A DNA stretch of 62,176 nucleotides, filler included, from Nitrospinae bacterium RIFCSPLOWO2_12_FULL_45_22 (GCA_001803565.1; 4 parts of 4 records of this genome joined end to end with filler, not necessarily neighbours in it); one strand, 5' to 3'. Positions 20,617 through 30,953 are shown, numbered from the whole stretch's first letter. Translations and numbers: made by a program. Notes: generated by a model not told the origin, from the sequence alone.

Positions 20617-21896
20617 ATTTGCTGTGCCTCGAGCATGGTAAAGTAGTCATGGATCCTGGCCTTCATCTGGGAGGCTGGAACAATCATAGGATTACCGGCG
20701 TCCATATCCAGGATTAAGCTGGGGATGCCGGTATATCGCTTGACCTCTTCAATCACTACCCTGTTGCGGCCACAGCCGTGCTTACAGCCAAAATGGGCAA
20801 AATATATACAAGAATCGCACCGGGATTCTCTGGCCTTTTTCCCTATCTCCTGGGCAACCCAGTGATAGGGCATGATAGCGGTCTTTACCGCCAGGTTGGA
20901 ACAAAAGGTCTTTCGGGCCAGGCACAAAAAGGGATCGCTGGTATCCATTACCGGCTCCAGGGGATAACTATTGGCCAAATCAACCGTTACTACTGCACCA
21001 TATTCCTGCTCCATCCAGTCAAAGAGCTTCATATACCAGAATGGAGGAGCGCCATTAGTGACTATTCGATGTTTTTCAACTGGTACCACGCCCTCGCTGC
21101 GGTCGGCCTTAGCTTTAGTTTCTTCATAGAGGGCCTTCATAAATAGAGTTGTCTTCGGTAATCCTTCACTGGCCATGCGGGGGCCAAAAAAGGAGAAGGC
21201 ATCCCGGGCCCCTAAAGGAGATGGCACCCGGTCCCTCAGGTCCATTAGCTTCATAGAATATTCGTGACATTCAGCGGAATTCCTTAGCAATTCCCGGAGC
21301 CTATCCAGGTCCATCTTCTTACCGGTTTGCTCTTCCAGGAACCGGACCATATCTTGCAGCTCGCGCTTGAAGTGCTCTATGGCTTCATCATCGAACCGAT
21401 AGGGGAAATTGCAATAAAATATAGGAGTATTATACATATCAGCCATGACGTCGAACATGGCTGATTGAGAGTCGCAGGGTTGTGGCCCGGCACAGACGAT
21501 AAAATCTGGCCGCCCCACTAAGCCCGTTTGGGCTGCCCCTATCGTCGCAAGATGGGGCGAGCAAGATTCTTTATCAAAGCCATAAGCCTCGCCTAAATCA
21601 AAGTACTCATAACCACGGCCTGAGGCCAGAAGCTGGATAATATACTGTTCTACCACAAAGGGGACAATATCCATGGCCAGGACTATCTCCGGTGGGAACA
21701 ATAAGCCAACCCAGGCTAGCTTCTTGCCTTGCTCCCGGGCGTAATAAATCCTCTCAAAGTATTCTTTCATTATCTCATAAAGGATCTCCTTGCTCTTAGG
21801 AATCTTAGGGTTTTGACGGGCGCTATTGATCCTCTGCTCAAACCCTTCAATCATACCCTCGATAGAATCTCTTTGCAAAAGGGCAGTTGTATCCAT
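20613..21896 (-). CDS. 2-hydroxyacyl-CoA dehydratase family subunit (HgdA/FldB-like)
   Basis: ESCS, QPCDS, FLEEQTGKKMDLDRL, HFGCKH Fe-S cysteines. Confidence 0.8.
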   Translation of the reverse strand: MDTTALLQRDSIEGMIEGFEQRINSARQNPKIPKSKEILYEIMKEYFERIYYAREQGKKLAWVGLLFPPEIVLAMDIVPFVVEQYIIQLLASGRGYEYFDLGEAYGFDKESCSPHLATIGAAQTGLVGRPDFIVCAGPQPCDSQSAMFDVMADMYNTPIFYCNFPYRFDDEAIEHFKRELQDMVRFLEEQTGKKMDLDRLRELLRNSAECHEYSMKLMDLRDRVPSPLGARDAFSFFGPRMASEGLPKTTLFMKALYEETKAKADRSEGVVPVEKHRIVTNGAPPFWYMKLFDWMEQEYGAVVTVDLANSYPLEPVMDTSDPFLCLARKTFCSNLAVKTAIMPYHWVAQEIGKKARESRCDSCIYFAHFGCKHGCGRNRVVIEEVKRYTGIPSLILDMDAGNPMIVPASQMKARIHDYFTMLEAQQM

Positions 21897-23009
21897 TTAT
21901 CTCTCCTCCTCAATCTGTTCAAAGAAGGCCTGGACCCGGGTCCTCAATTGTCCGGCCCCACCGCTCATATATTCCCTCTGTAAGCTTAAAACCGGGATGC
22001 CTATTTCGCTGAATCCTTTCTTGATAATAGGAAAGGCACCACCATAAGGCCCACAAAACTTTATATTCTCATGGATCAAACCCTCTACCCGGTACTCTTT
22101 GGCTAATCCCTGTAAGTGATCAACCCGTATCTTTTGGGGGCGCATCCGGGCACAGGGTGTCCGGGTAAGATAGCGATTAGCTAATGCCTCTATAGGGTCT
22201 CCTTCTTCGGCCACCAGGTCCCAGAAATAACGGGTGCCATTACATAGATCATCCATTACCACTATGCTCCCTAGCTCTTCTATAGACCGGATATATTCAG
22301 GATCGTCCAGCTCACTGCCGGTGATCATTAGCCTGATCCGACCATTCTGTGAGCCTTTCCTGGCCTTGATCTCCTTAAGATAGACCTCTAGCATGGTGTT
22401 ATATTCATGCTTGGGTATCACTAAGCCGGCCAAAACGACATCCATTATCTCTGCACCGCTAATAGGCGGACAGTCTTGCTTGCGTAATTCATATAGCTTC
22501 CTGAGTAAGTATCTAGTCTTGTTATAGACAGCAATGGCATCCTTTAACCCAGTGTCCGTTATTTTTGTGCCGAAGAATTCCTCTACCGTTCTTTTTAAAA
22601 GGATCAACTCCTTGGTAAAAAAATCGAGGGTAGACTCACTCTGTTTGCAGGGAACCCCAATTATATGTTTAAAAGGGGTAGGCAAAAAGGCGCTCCAGAC
22701 ATCATAGAGCCGCCTCATGTGGTCACAGGCATTGATCCCCACATATCCATCCAAAAAACCGTAATTATGTCTAAATGCCTCTTCTAAACAGTTCCGGACA
22801 AAGGAGCAGATATTAGAATACATATAGGCATCTGCAATAGGTGTTTCTTCTGCCCGGCCCAGGATTCTGATAGGCAATAGACCTGCCGCATATAATATCT
22901 CTTCTGGTACGTAAGTACAAGTCCAGCCTACTATCTTCTGCCCCTCTTCTTTCCTCTTCCTTAACAATTCATATCTATTGTTAAATAGCTTTCTAAATTC
23001 TTCTTGCAT
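21897..23009 (-). CDS. 2-hydroxyacyl-CoA dehydratase / benzoyl-CoA reductase family subunit (HgdB/BcrC-like)
   Basis: YVPEEILYAAG, NICSF, NACDHMRR, DDLCNGTR, KFCGP, GQLRTRVQAF. Confidence 0.85.
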   Translation of the reverse strand: MQEEFRKLFNNRYELLRKRKEEGQKIVGWTCTYVPEEILYAAGLLPIRILGRAEETPIADAYMYSNICSFVRNCLEEAFRHNYGFLDGYVGINACDHMRRLYDVWSAFLPTPFKHIIGVPCKQSESTLDFFTKELILLKRTVEEFFGTKITDTGLKDAIAVYNKTRYLLRKLYELRKQDCPPISGAEIMDVVLAGLVIPKHEYNTMLEVYLKEIKARKGSQNGRIRLMITGSELDDPEYIRSIEELGSIVVMDDLCNGTRYFWDLVAEEGDPIEALANRYLTRTPCARMRPQKIRVDHLQGLAKEYRVEGLIHENIKFCGPYGGAFPIIKKGFSEIGIPVLSLQREYMSGGAGQLRTRVQAFFEQIEEER

Positions 23010-23196
23010 GATAAAATCCTCCGTTACTTTACTAAGCTTGAAGCACTACGCTAAAAAGGTCCTTTGCCAGAGCCATCTCTACACGATTCCACAAAGAACA
23101 AGGCAATACTCCGTATTATAATTAATATCCACCCCTTTTCAAGCGAAAAATTTCCTGTTTCCTGAACAGTACCTAAAAATTTCTACAACCAGGTAG

Positions 23197-23342
23197 GTAA
23201 GCGTTCAGCCGTCAGCTATCAGTGGTCAGCAAAACAAACCAACCAACGGGTTATGAACAAGTCCCGGTCTTAGGAGCGGAAGGCTGGTTTTAGTATCTCC
23301 TTGTTTTTACTGAAAGCTGACGGCTGATAGCTGAACGCTTAC
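23197..23342. mobile_element. MITE, 146 bp, with 8-bp target duplication
   Basis: Terminal IR GTAAGCGTTCAGC/GCTGAACGCTTAC; direct repeat CCAGGTAG at 23189-23196 and 23343-23350. Confidence 0.75.
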
Positions 23343-23563
23343 CCAGGTAGTATCCTTTTCAAAATTTCACCGCTTTCCTATCTTCTAAAACCATCCACCA
23401 TACAACAATTTTCAGAAGCAACTCCAGCCAATTTTCCTTGGCATGGAGTAGGGATGAGGAATAAAGTAATGTCGTTATCTTTCTGGTTAGTCAATATCAA
23501 ATATTACTGGAGTTTCCCCAAAATTTTATCCTTACTTTAGATAATTGTAGGTTCAGAGAGGTT

Positions 23564-23663
23564 NNNNNNNNNNNNNNNNNNNNNNNNNNNNNNNNNNNNN
23601 NNNNNNNTTAATTAATTAANNNNNNNNNNNNNNNNNNNNNNNNNNNNNNNNNNNNNNNNNNNN
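23564..23663. other. Artificial contig linker
   Basis: 44N-TTAATTAATTAA-44N (stops in all frames). Confidence 0.95.
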
Positions 23664-25155
23664 GCTTGAAAAGATGGAAGCCCGGCTAAGCCAAGGACGC
23701 GCAAGTGAGCTATTCCCCTTCGTATGATCCCAAGCACAACCATGGCCTTAACCAGGATGAAAGGGAATCTTATTTTCATATTTATGAGCCCCTTAGATGT
23801 GAGAATTTTCAGGACTGGCCTCGGCACTTTGAATAAGTTAAAAAGAAGGATGAGCACATTCAGGTATGAAGGGGAGAACAGGTAAAAATCCTTATGATAA
23901 ACTTCTTTTATCTCATTGCTCAGTATTCCCTCCCCTTTTGCGCGTTCATATAATTTGGTGCCCGGATAAAGGGTTAAAGAGAAGGGATTTATCCCGAAGG
24001 GACGAGGAAGCAGGGATAGCAACTCTATCGTTTGAAGAAGGTCTTCGTCACTCTCCCACGGGTTATCAAGGATAATATCATAGGTTGGGAAGATCATCTC
24101 TTTTCTAAATTCATTAATTATCCTTGCCGACTTGATAATGGCTTCATTGGGGATGTTGCGGCCATATTCCACTTTGGTCCTTGTGCTCCCTGTCTGTATC
24201 CCCATCCTTACAAGTTTTAAGCCGGAAGCGACAAGGCATGCTAATTTCTTTCTGGTAACATAAATGGGTATTATTCCAGTTACTGTAAAGGGAATGTCGA
24301 TCTCGAGGCGATACCGCTCGCAAAACTCTTCTACAAGTTCTTCAGACATTGATAAAAAATCGTCATCTTCAAACCTCACCATCCTTATATAGGGCATCTC
24401 CTGCTTGATTCTCAATAATTCACNNNNNNNNNNTTGATTCTCAATAATTCACCTATAATGTTACCGATGCTTCTCATCCTTACTTTAAAACTTGTTTGTG
24501 TCATACTTTTATAAAAATCGTTACAGCAGTAGGTACATCGGAACCTGCATCCCCTCGATGACATAATCAGGTATGTGGTGGATTGATGTTTTTTTAATAA
24601 CTTTGGGTCCACCTCCATTATGCCTTTAGCCTCATAAATATAGTGGCCATCAATATCGTAATCCAAAAATGGAAGCGAGTCCAGGTCCTCTATAAGTGGC
24701 CTTGGCGGATTAACTCTGATCCCATCACCTGCTCTAAATCCAATGTTTCTGACATCTTCCCATGGGGCTCCTTTTTCTATTCTTGATGACAATTCGCTCA
24801 GGGCTTCTTCCCCTTCACCCACACAGATAATATCCGCATATTTGAGGCATTCATCCGGTCTAACAGTTGGGTGAACACCTCCCCAGAGTACTGGCATATT
24901 AGAATGTTCATGGAGATAATCAGTAATGGTCCTTGCCCTCATCAGCCAATTGGTCATCACAGAAATTCCCACCAGGCCCGAGCCTCTGGCAATGGCAGCA
25001 ATGCTATCAAGAACTTTCACTGTTAGGGGGGAGCGTGGGTCGGGGGAAAAAATTAGATAAACTTCATGCCCATTTCTTTTTAAATAAGATGATAATGCCC
25101 TGATGGAAAAAGAATGAAAAGTCCCGGGAGATATAAGCGTTATCTTCATGTTCAC
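23664..25155 (-). CDS. Cobalamin-binding radical SAM protein in the EPS operon (3' end cut by linker; split at 24424-24433 is an assembly artefact)
   Basis: WGGVHPT, VGEGE, SRGCRFRCTYC, FEDDDF, GIQTGS, LYPGT; N gap flanked by duplicated TTGATTCTCAATAATTCAC. Confidence 0.85.
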
Positions 25156-26906
25156 TTCCCAGGAATAAATATAGAAGCTATATTCTTTATTATCAGATTT
25201 ATTATCAGCAGTATAGTTTTTCCGATAATTTTCAAATCGAGCATAAGGGACCTGTTTTTCACATAGTCTGGATCAGCCTGTAGCCACGCATGAAAGGACC
25301 TATTTATTCGTCCATACATCTGCCACAGGCCTGTAATTCCGGGTTTAACCTTTAACCTGATATCTCTCCATCTTGGATTTAAACCCATCTCTTCCATGGG
25401 TAAGGGGCGTGGCCCAACAAGGCTCATATCTCCCCTGAGCACATTAAATAACTGGGGAAGCTCATCTAGACCGGTTTTGTTGATTACCTTCCCAACCTTA
25501 GTGAACCTTGGATCATCTTCGATTTTAAACATTGGACCATCCACTTCATTCATATGCCTAAGGGATAATTTAAGATGCTCGGCATTTTCGACCATAGAGC
25601 GAAACTTATATAATTTGAACTCCCGCCCCCCTTCTCCACATCTGATCTGGGTAAAGAACACAGGGCCCGAGGATTCAATTTTTATGGCAAGCCCTATTAC
25701 CAGAAATAAGGGGAAAAATATAAGAAGTCCCACCCCTGATACGATCTTGTCAATGGCAAGCTTCATGACCGTGTAAAGTCCCGTGAAAATTCTCTTTATG
25801 AGTAAATGCGTTGGGTCAATAGATAAAGTTAGCCCAGAGTTCACGGAATCTAGAGATAATACACCGATCCGCGAACCATTATCCAAATACACTGTATTGT
25901 TTAGGTATGTTCCCGGTGGGACCCGCGTACCTTCTGCCAGAACCGAATTCTCCACTCTAGCTTTTTGTGAAACAACGGAGCCTGGCATAATAAGGCTTGC
26001 AATTACCTCGGCATCAGGAGCAACATAAGATCCATCCCTAATGACAGAAGGGCCAATAATCACGGCCTTATTATCGATGTGGCTATTCGGGCCTATAATT
26101 AACGGCCCCAAAATGAATGCCGAGGAAGATATGGTGGAATTCTCACCGACCCAGACCTTGCTCCTTAGTTCTCTATAAGGTTGGAAATCATCCGGCTTGG
26201 CATTCCGGAGCATCTCCCAGTTTATAGACACATAGTCATTCAGGGTTATAAGCTTTCTGCACGCACCATTTATCTTCCATACCCATATTGAATGACCGCT
26301 CTTTTGAAGGAGGGGGAGCAACTGCTCTTTAATATCAAAGTATCGCCCACCCTCGATATAATCCAGCACAGTCGGTTCAAAGAGATATAATCCATAGCTT
26401 TCGACCTGTCTCCGCCTCTCCTTTGATTTATGGGCACGATAGATATCAAGCATCCTGCCATCTTCGGAAATTATCCAATTTTCTTTTTGCCCAAGCTCTG
26501 TATCATAGTTTATTACTCCAACCGTAGCCATGGCAGACTTTCTCTGATGGAACTCTACCAGACTCTTTAGGTCGAAATTAAGGAGGGTAGAACCCTCGAC
26601 TACCAAGAAGGGTTCTTTGGAGAGATAACTACGAGCATTTTGTAAGGAGCCCGCAGTTCCCATGAGATATGGCGCCCAAAAATAAGAAATCCTAACCCCA
26701 AAGACGGACCCATCCCCCAGATAATCCGCTATAGTCCGCTGTCCCTCATTAAGGCAGAATAATATCTCTTTTATTCCGGACTTTTTCAAGAACTCGATAT
26801 TATGCGCTATAAAAGGTTTCGTTCCAAGAGGGAGCATTATCTTTGGGTAATTTGGTTTGATTGGCAAATCTGTTCCCAAGCCTCCAAAAATTATCACCGC
26901 TTTCAT
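25152..26906 (-). CDS. Fusion of NTP-transferase-like domain, left-handed beta-helix and priming sugar-phosphate transferase
   Basis: N-term MKAVIIFGGLGT..PK.MLP, GTAGSL; hexapeptide repeats; C-term F.LYKFRSM, DDPRFTKVG, LDELPQLFNVLRGDMSLVGPRP, KPGITGLWQ. Confidence 0.85.
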   Translation of the reverse strand: MKAVIIFGGLGTDLPIKPNYPKIMLPLGTKPFIAHNIEFLKKSGIKEILFCLNEGQRTIADYLGDGSVFGVRISYFWAPYLMGTAGSLQNARSYLSKEPFLVVEGSTLLNFDLKSLVEFHQRKSAMATVGVINYDTELGQKENWIISEDGRMLDIYRAHKSKERRRQVESYGLYLFEPTVLDYIEGGRYFDIKEQLLPLLQKSGHSIWVWKINGACRKLITLNDYVSINWEMLRNAKPDDFQPYRELRSKVWVGENSTISSSAFILGPLIIGPNSHIDNKAVIIGPSVIRDGSYVAPDAEVIASLIMPGSVVSQKARVENSVLAEGTRVPPGTYLNNTVYLDNGSRIGVLSLDSVNSGLTLSIDPTHLLIKRIFTGLYTVMKLAIDKIVSGVGLLIFFPLFLVIGLAIKIESSGPVFFTQIRCGEGGREFKLYKFRSMVENAEHLKLSLRHMNEVDGPMFKIEDDPRFTKVGKVINKTGLDELPQLFNVLRGDMSLVGPRPLPMEEMGLNPRWRDIRLKVKPGITGLWQMYGRINRSFHAWLQADPDYVKNRSLMLDLKIIGKTILLIINLIIKNIASIFIPGK

Positions 26907-26922
26907 AGCCCTCTTCCTTTAC

Positions 26923-27645
26923 TCATATTAGCCTTCGATATATGGATTCAGGGATATAGTGTCGCCTCTTATTTATCACCACGCCAACAATGCGTGCTCC
27001 CACTGTTTGTAAACTTTCCTTCGCTTTTAAGGCCACCTCTCTTCTAATCCGTTCAGACTCCACCACCAAGATGACTCCATCCATATACCTGGCTAGACCA
27101 AGGGAATCCGAATACATTAAGATTGACGCTGAATCAATAATCAAAAATTGGTGTTTAGTACGGAGATAGGATAGGTAGTCCAGAATTTTTTTTGTTTCAA
27201 AAATACTCTCCCCGCTTGTAGAAGGGTTGCCGCTTGTAACAACAAAGAGATTTTCCACACCTGTTTTTTTTATGGATGCCCAAGGTTCCACTTCACCGGA
27301 TAACACATCGGCAAGGCCGTCCGCTCTCGGGAGGTCAAAGAATTCATGAACAGAAGGGGATCTCAAATTAGCATCAACTATTACTACCGATTTGTTCAGA
27401 GATAGGGCCAGAATGCGAGCGAGAGAACATGCTATGGTAGAACACCCCTCATACCTTAAAGCGCTGCACATTAGATAGGCCTTCCCTTCACTTTCGGGCA
27501 AATTAAGAATAAGGTTTTTGCTGATCCTTTCCATGGCATCATTTATCCCTTCCGGTAAGCGATGCTTTTTTGTTCGGTTAGTAAAGCCTCTCTCTTTGAT
27601 GAGATTAGATTTGAAAAATACGTTATCTTCCCTCCAAACTTTCAA
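26923..27645 (-). CDS. CpsD/CapB family BY-kinase-like protein with degenerate Walker A
   Basis: SALRYEGCST (Walker A position), VDANLRSP, IIDS, DGVILVV, GVVIN. Confidence 0.8.
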   Translation of the reverse strand: MKVWREDNVFFKSNLIKERGFTNRTKKHRLPEGINDAMERISKNLILNLPESEGKAYLMCSALRYEGCSTIACSLARILALSLNKSVVIVDANLRSPSVHEFFDLPRADGLADVLSGEVEPWASIKKTGVENLFVVTSGNPSTSGESIFETKKILDYLSYLRTKHQFLIIDSASILMYSDSLGLARYMDGVILVVESERIRREVALKAKESLQTVGARIVGVVINKRRHYIPESIYRRLI

Positions 27646-27720
27646 ACATAACCCTTTCTAACTGGATTCCAAAACCCCTTGGTTGGTTTTAATCACGCTC
27701 TTATTACATCAACCTTTTCT

Positions 27721-29244
27721 TCAAACCTCTGGCACCGAGCCGAGTGTAGGCAAACCGAGATATTGACTCACATCCTCACTTTTCTTAATGGTATGGTCCA
27801 TATACTCGAGGGTGTATATCAGGGCGAAAGACCCGAATAACGCTGCCACAACAGCGATATAAAAATATAACTTTTTCATGGGTTTTACGGGATGGATCTT
27901 GAATGAAGCAGGGCTAACAATTCTCAGGTTTATAACCCTCTTGTCTTTAGCGGCCGAGACCCTTTCCTCATCCCTTTTCTTTATGAGGAGTGATAAGGTA
28001 TTTTCTTCTTCCCCAACAGCTTGCTCAAGCTTCTTTATATTATCCCTTTTATGAGGCAACTCCCCAAGCTCCCCACTCAATTCGGCCAGTGTCCCCTCAA
28101 GTGCCTTTTTTTCAGCCTTTAAGGTAGCCAGCGAACTTTCGTGCAGCCGGATCATCCCAAAAACCTCTTCCCTCAATTTCCTCTCAATTTCTCTAATCTC
28201 AAACATATTATCTTGCATCAGCCTATCCTCAGCCGTATATTTTGCGCTGAGGTTAGCACGAACTACTTTCAGCTCCACAAGCTTTGAATAAATCTTATCT
28301 ACCGAACGCATTTGGAGGATATCGAGGGAGGGGATAGCTATTTCTCGGTTGGTTTGCAAGAGTTCTTTCATCTTCATCAACTTTGCTTCCTTGCTCACTA
28401 TATCTTTATTCACTGTGGTGTAAGCCCGGTCGAAGTTGGAATATTTCTCTAAGAGAAGCGCCTCCTGCTTCTCATAAGAAATCATACCCTCTTTTTTTTG
28501 ATAATCGCTAAGCCTTGCCCTGAGCTCATCTAGCTTCTGCCGGGAGAATTCTATTTGTTCATCGAAGAAACTCCTTGCTTTTGGTAGCTGTTCTACCTGA
28601 AGCCTATGAGCTATATAATAGTTGACGAGGTCATCCACAACCGGGAGCGCCTTGTTTGGGTTCGCTGAGTAAAGTTTTAACTCGATAATGTCTGAGTCCC
28701 TTACAGGTTCAACCCTGAGAAACTTCTTATTTTTCAGCAATTCAATCCTGTTCTCCAAATCAAAAAAGGCTATCTCCTCGGGACTCGGCCTGCGAATCAG
28801 GCCGGAAATATAAAGGCGCTCTCTCGAGACTCTCTTAACCTCTGAGTACAACCTCAATGGCATACCGATCACATACTTAACAGCCCTGCGGAAGGCAGAT
28901 GGGTCACGATTCAATATATCCTCCAAGTCAGGATGAACTCTTGCCATCTTCTCAAGCACAGGGTGGCTTTTTATTATCTCGATCTCGGAGTTGATTTCCT
29001 CCTCCCTCTCCTTCAACATTAAACGGCCAGCTTCAGGTGAAATGGAGGCCCTTACTTTCCCTTCTCGCTCTACATAAATTGAAGAGGTTACAAGATATCT
29101 AGGCGTCATTATCGAAAGGGCGGCATAGGCCGCAGCAATGAGTGATAGCCCAAAACCTAAAAGGGTATGCTTTCTTTTAAAAATCACATATAACAAATCC
29201 CTTGTTGAAAGCTGAGCATCCCTAATTTCATTAGCCATTCTCAA
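27721..29244 (-). CDS. Polysaccharide co-polymerase (Wzc-N/GumC family)
   Basis: RDLLYVIFKRK, EIEIIKS, long coiled coil, C-terminal P.KP plus TM, E..D.TIK...DV...LGLP.LGSVP. Confidence 0.85.
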   Translation of the reverse strand: MRMANEIRDAQLSTRDLLYVIFKRKHTLLGFGLSLIAAAYAALSIMTPRYLVTSSIYVEREGKVRASISPEAGRLMLKEREEEINSEIEIIKSHPVLEKMARVHPDLEDILNRDPSAFRRAVKYVIGMPLRLYSEVKRVSRERLYISGLIRRPSPEEIAFFDLENRIELLKNKKFLRVEPVRDSDIIELKLYSANPNKALPVVDDLVNYYIAHRLQVEQLPKARSFFDEQIEFSRQKLDELRARLSDYQKKEGMISYEKQEALLLEKYSNFDRAYTTVNKDIVSKEAKLMKMKELLQTNREIAIPSLDILQMRSVDKIYSKLVELKVVRANLSAKYTAEDRLMQDNMFEIREIERKLREEVFGMIRLHESSLATLKAEKKALEGTLAELSGELGELPHKRDNIKKLEQAVGEEENTLSLLIKKRDEERVSAAKDKRVINLRIVSPASFKIHPVKPMKKLYFYIAVVAALFGSFALIYTLEYMDHTIKKSEDVSQYLGLPTLGSVPEV

Positions 29245-29249
29245 ATCCT

Positions 29250-30254
29250 TTAATCATTATCATTGAGAAGAAAAGAAAACCCCACACCAAGATTTGGCGG
29301 GAGAAATTTATAAATATATTGCTCAACAAAAATGTTCACTTTATTTATGGTAGTTTTGGGCACATATACCACGTCATACGGCTGAAGAGGCACATCTTTG
29401 GTTATATCACCACTCGAGAGGACTTCGCTAAGATCCACCCTCATGGGCAAAGGCTTGCCATCCCTCCCTTTCCGAATTAACAAAACACTTTTCAGCTTGG
29501 CCGAATCCTTGTATCCTCCAGCAAAGCTAACAGCCTGCAATGCTCCAACATACCTGGGCATGGGATATATACCCGGCTTTTCAACCTCGCCGAGAACCAA
29601 TACCTGACGGCTTTCGGCACCAGTTAAAATCACCGTTGTACCAAGGCTAGGGAACCGGCTAGAATATTTACTGGAAATCTCATTATTGAGCTCTTCAACA
29701 GTCAGTCCCGCTGCTTTTATGTCGCCAATCATGGGCAGGTTAAGATACCCATCTGCTCTAATAATAGCCCTTGTTCGCTGCTTTGATTCTTCACTTTCCA
29801 GCGACACAAACATCTCGTCCAGAGGTGTATGAAATCTTGTGACACTCACTGAAATTTCAGGATTTTTGAGGGTGTAGGAATATTTATTCTCAAGATAATT
29901 CGATGCTTCGATAGGGGTAAGACCTAGAAGCACTACTTCCCCTATTCTTTGAAGATATACTTTTCCATCCGGCCTCATCGCTACTTTGCAGTTTATATCA
30001 GGGTGGGAAGACGAAATTACTTCTATCTCATCTTTCACATTCAGGCGGTAGTATGGGTCGCCTTTACTGTAATCTCTAAAATAGAGGACATCAACCACGT
30101 CTCCTATCCCAAGAATATATTTGTTCTTATTCAAGGGAGTAATTAAGCCATTAGTTTCATACGAGGCCTTACCTTTAGACCCCGCACATCCAAAAAACCC
30201 TCCCATAGCCACGCTAAGACATAGAAAAGAAAGGGTAATAAACCTCAGTCCCAT
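29250..30254 (-). CDS. wza: Polysaccharide export lipoprotein (Wza family, duplicated Poly_export domain)
   Basis: Lipobox FGC, Y.LGIGD, RPDGKVYL, DGYLNLPMIGDIKAAGLT, VLGEV..PG, LQPYDVVYVP. Confidence 0.8.
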   Translation of the reverse strand: MGLRFITLSFLCLSVAMGGFFGCAGSKGKASYETNGLITPLNKNKYILGIGDVVDVLYFRDYSKGDPYYRLNVKDEIEVISSSHPDINCKVAMRPDGKVYLQRIGEVVLLGLTPIEASNYLENKYSYTLKNPEISVSVTRFHTPLDEMFVSLESEESKQRTRAIIRADGYLNLPMIGDIKAAGLTVEELNNEISSKYSSRFPSLGTTVILTGAESRQVLVLGEVEKPGIYPMPRYVGALQAVSFAGGYKDSAKLKSVLLIRKGRDGKPLPMRVDLSEVLSSGDITKDVPLQPYDVVYVPKTTINKVNIFVEQYIYKFLPPNLGVGFSFLLNDND

Positions 30255-30672
30255 TTTGTACCCCTTCGTTTATAAAAATCGCATATTTTCTCAGCTTGGG
30301 TAAAAGAATAATAAGTAATTAAACCTACCCTTTTCACCTTGAAACCCCCGGGTGCAAAATTTCCCTCCAGAATCACTTCTCTCCAGGGAAGAATCTTTGG
30401 GATGTTCGGAGTCACTAAAGCCCTCAGAAAGCCTTGGTAGCAGTTGTTGGAGAAAAACGGAAGAGTGAACAGATGATCAAAGACTTTAAACAACATTCAG
30501 GGGTTGAAAATTACCAAATGCGAAATCTTCAAGCCATCCATCGCCATGTGCTTCATCACTTCCGATCTACTTAGTCTCGGTCTCTTAGGGATCTTTCAGT
30601 GACTATGCTAATAAATTATGATTCCAAACCTAGTCATCAGTCTGCTTGAATTCTGGAGCCATTCATAATATT

Positions 30673-30689
30673 AGCAATAAATGTGCCAA
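30673..30689 (-). promoter_or_regulatory. Sigma54 (-24/-12) promoter candidate for the EPS operon
   Basis: Minus strand TTGGCAC-ATTTA-TTGCT, exact match to TGGCAC-N5-TTGC. Confidence 0.7.
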
Positions 30690-30784
30690 CAACATCTTTG
30701 AGAAATAAGTATTGATTTTTCAAGGATTTTTAGCATTAAGGGAAAAGGAGGGGAAGAATATTTCTATGTATTTTTTTTCTCAAT

Positions 30785-30804
30785 ATGGGAAAATATTTTC
30801 CCAT
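30785..30804. promoter_or_regulatory. Perfect 20-bp palindrome, candidate enhancer (bEBP site)
   Basis: ATGGGAAAATATTTTCCCAT, ~100 bp upstream of the sigma54 site. Confidence 0.45.
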
Positions 30805-30953
30805 GTGAATTCTTAATCGTCGAAATTATCCCTTTTTTTACACCCATAATACTGGCGCTAGCATTTTTTAATAGACCCATAAAAATATAGTCCCATGATT
30901 GGCTAAAGAGAACAACAGATTGAGCTGGTTCATTAATTAAATTTAAAAAATTT

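Noticed and set aside
24424-24433. Apparent two-gene split of the radical SAM protein
   Set aside because: N gap with a 19-nt duplicated flank; assembly artefact
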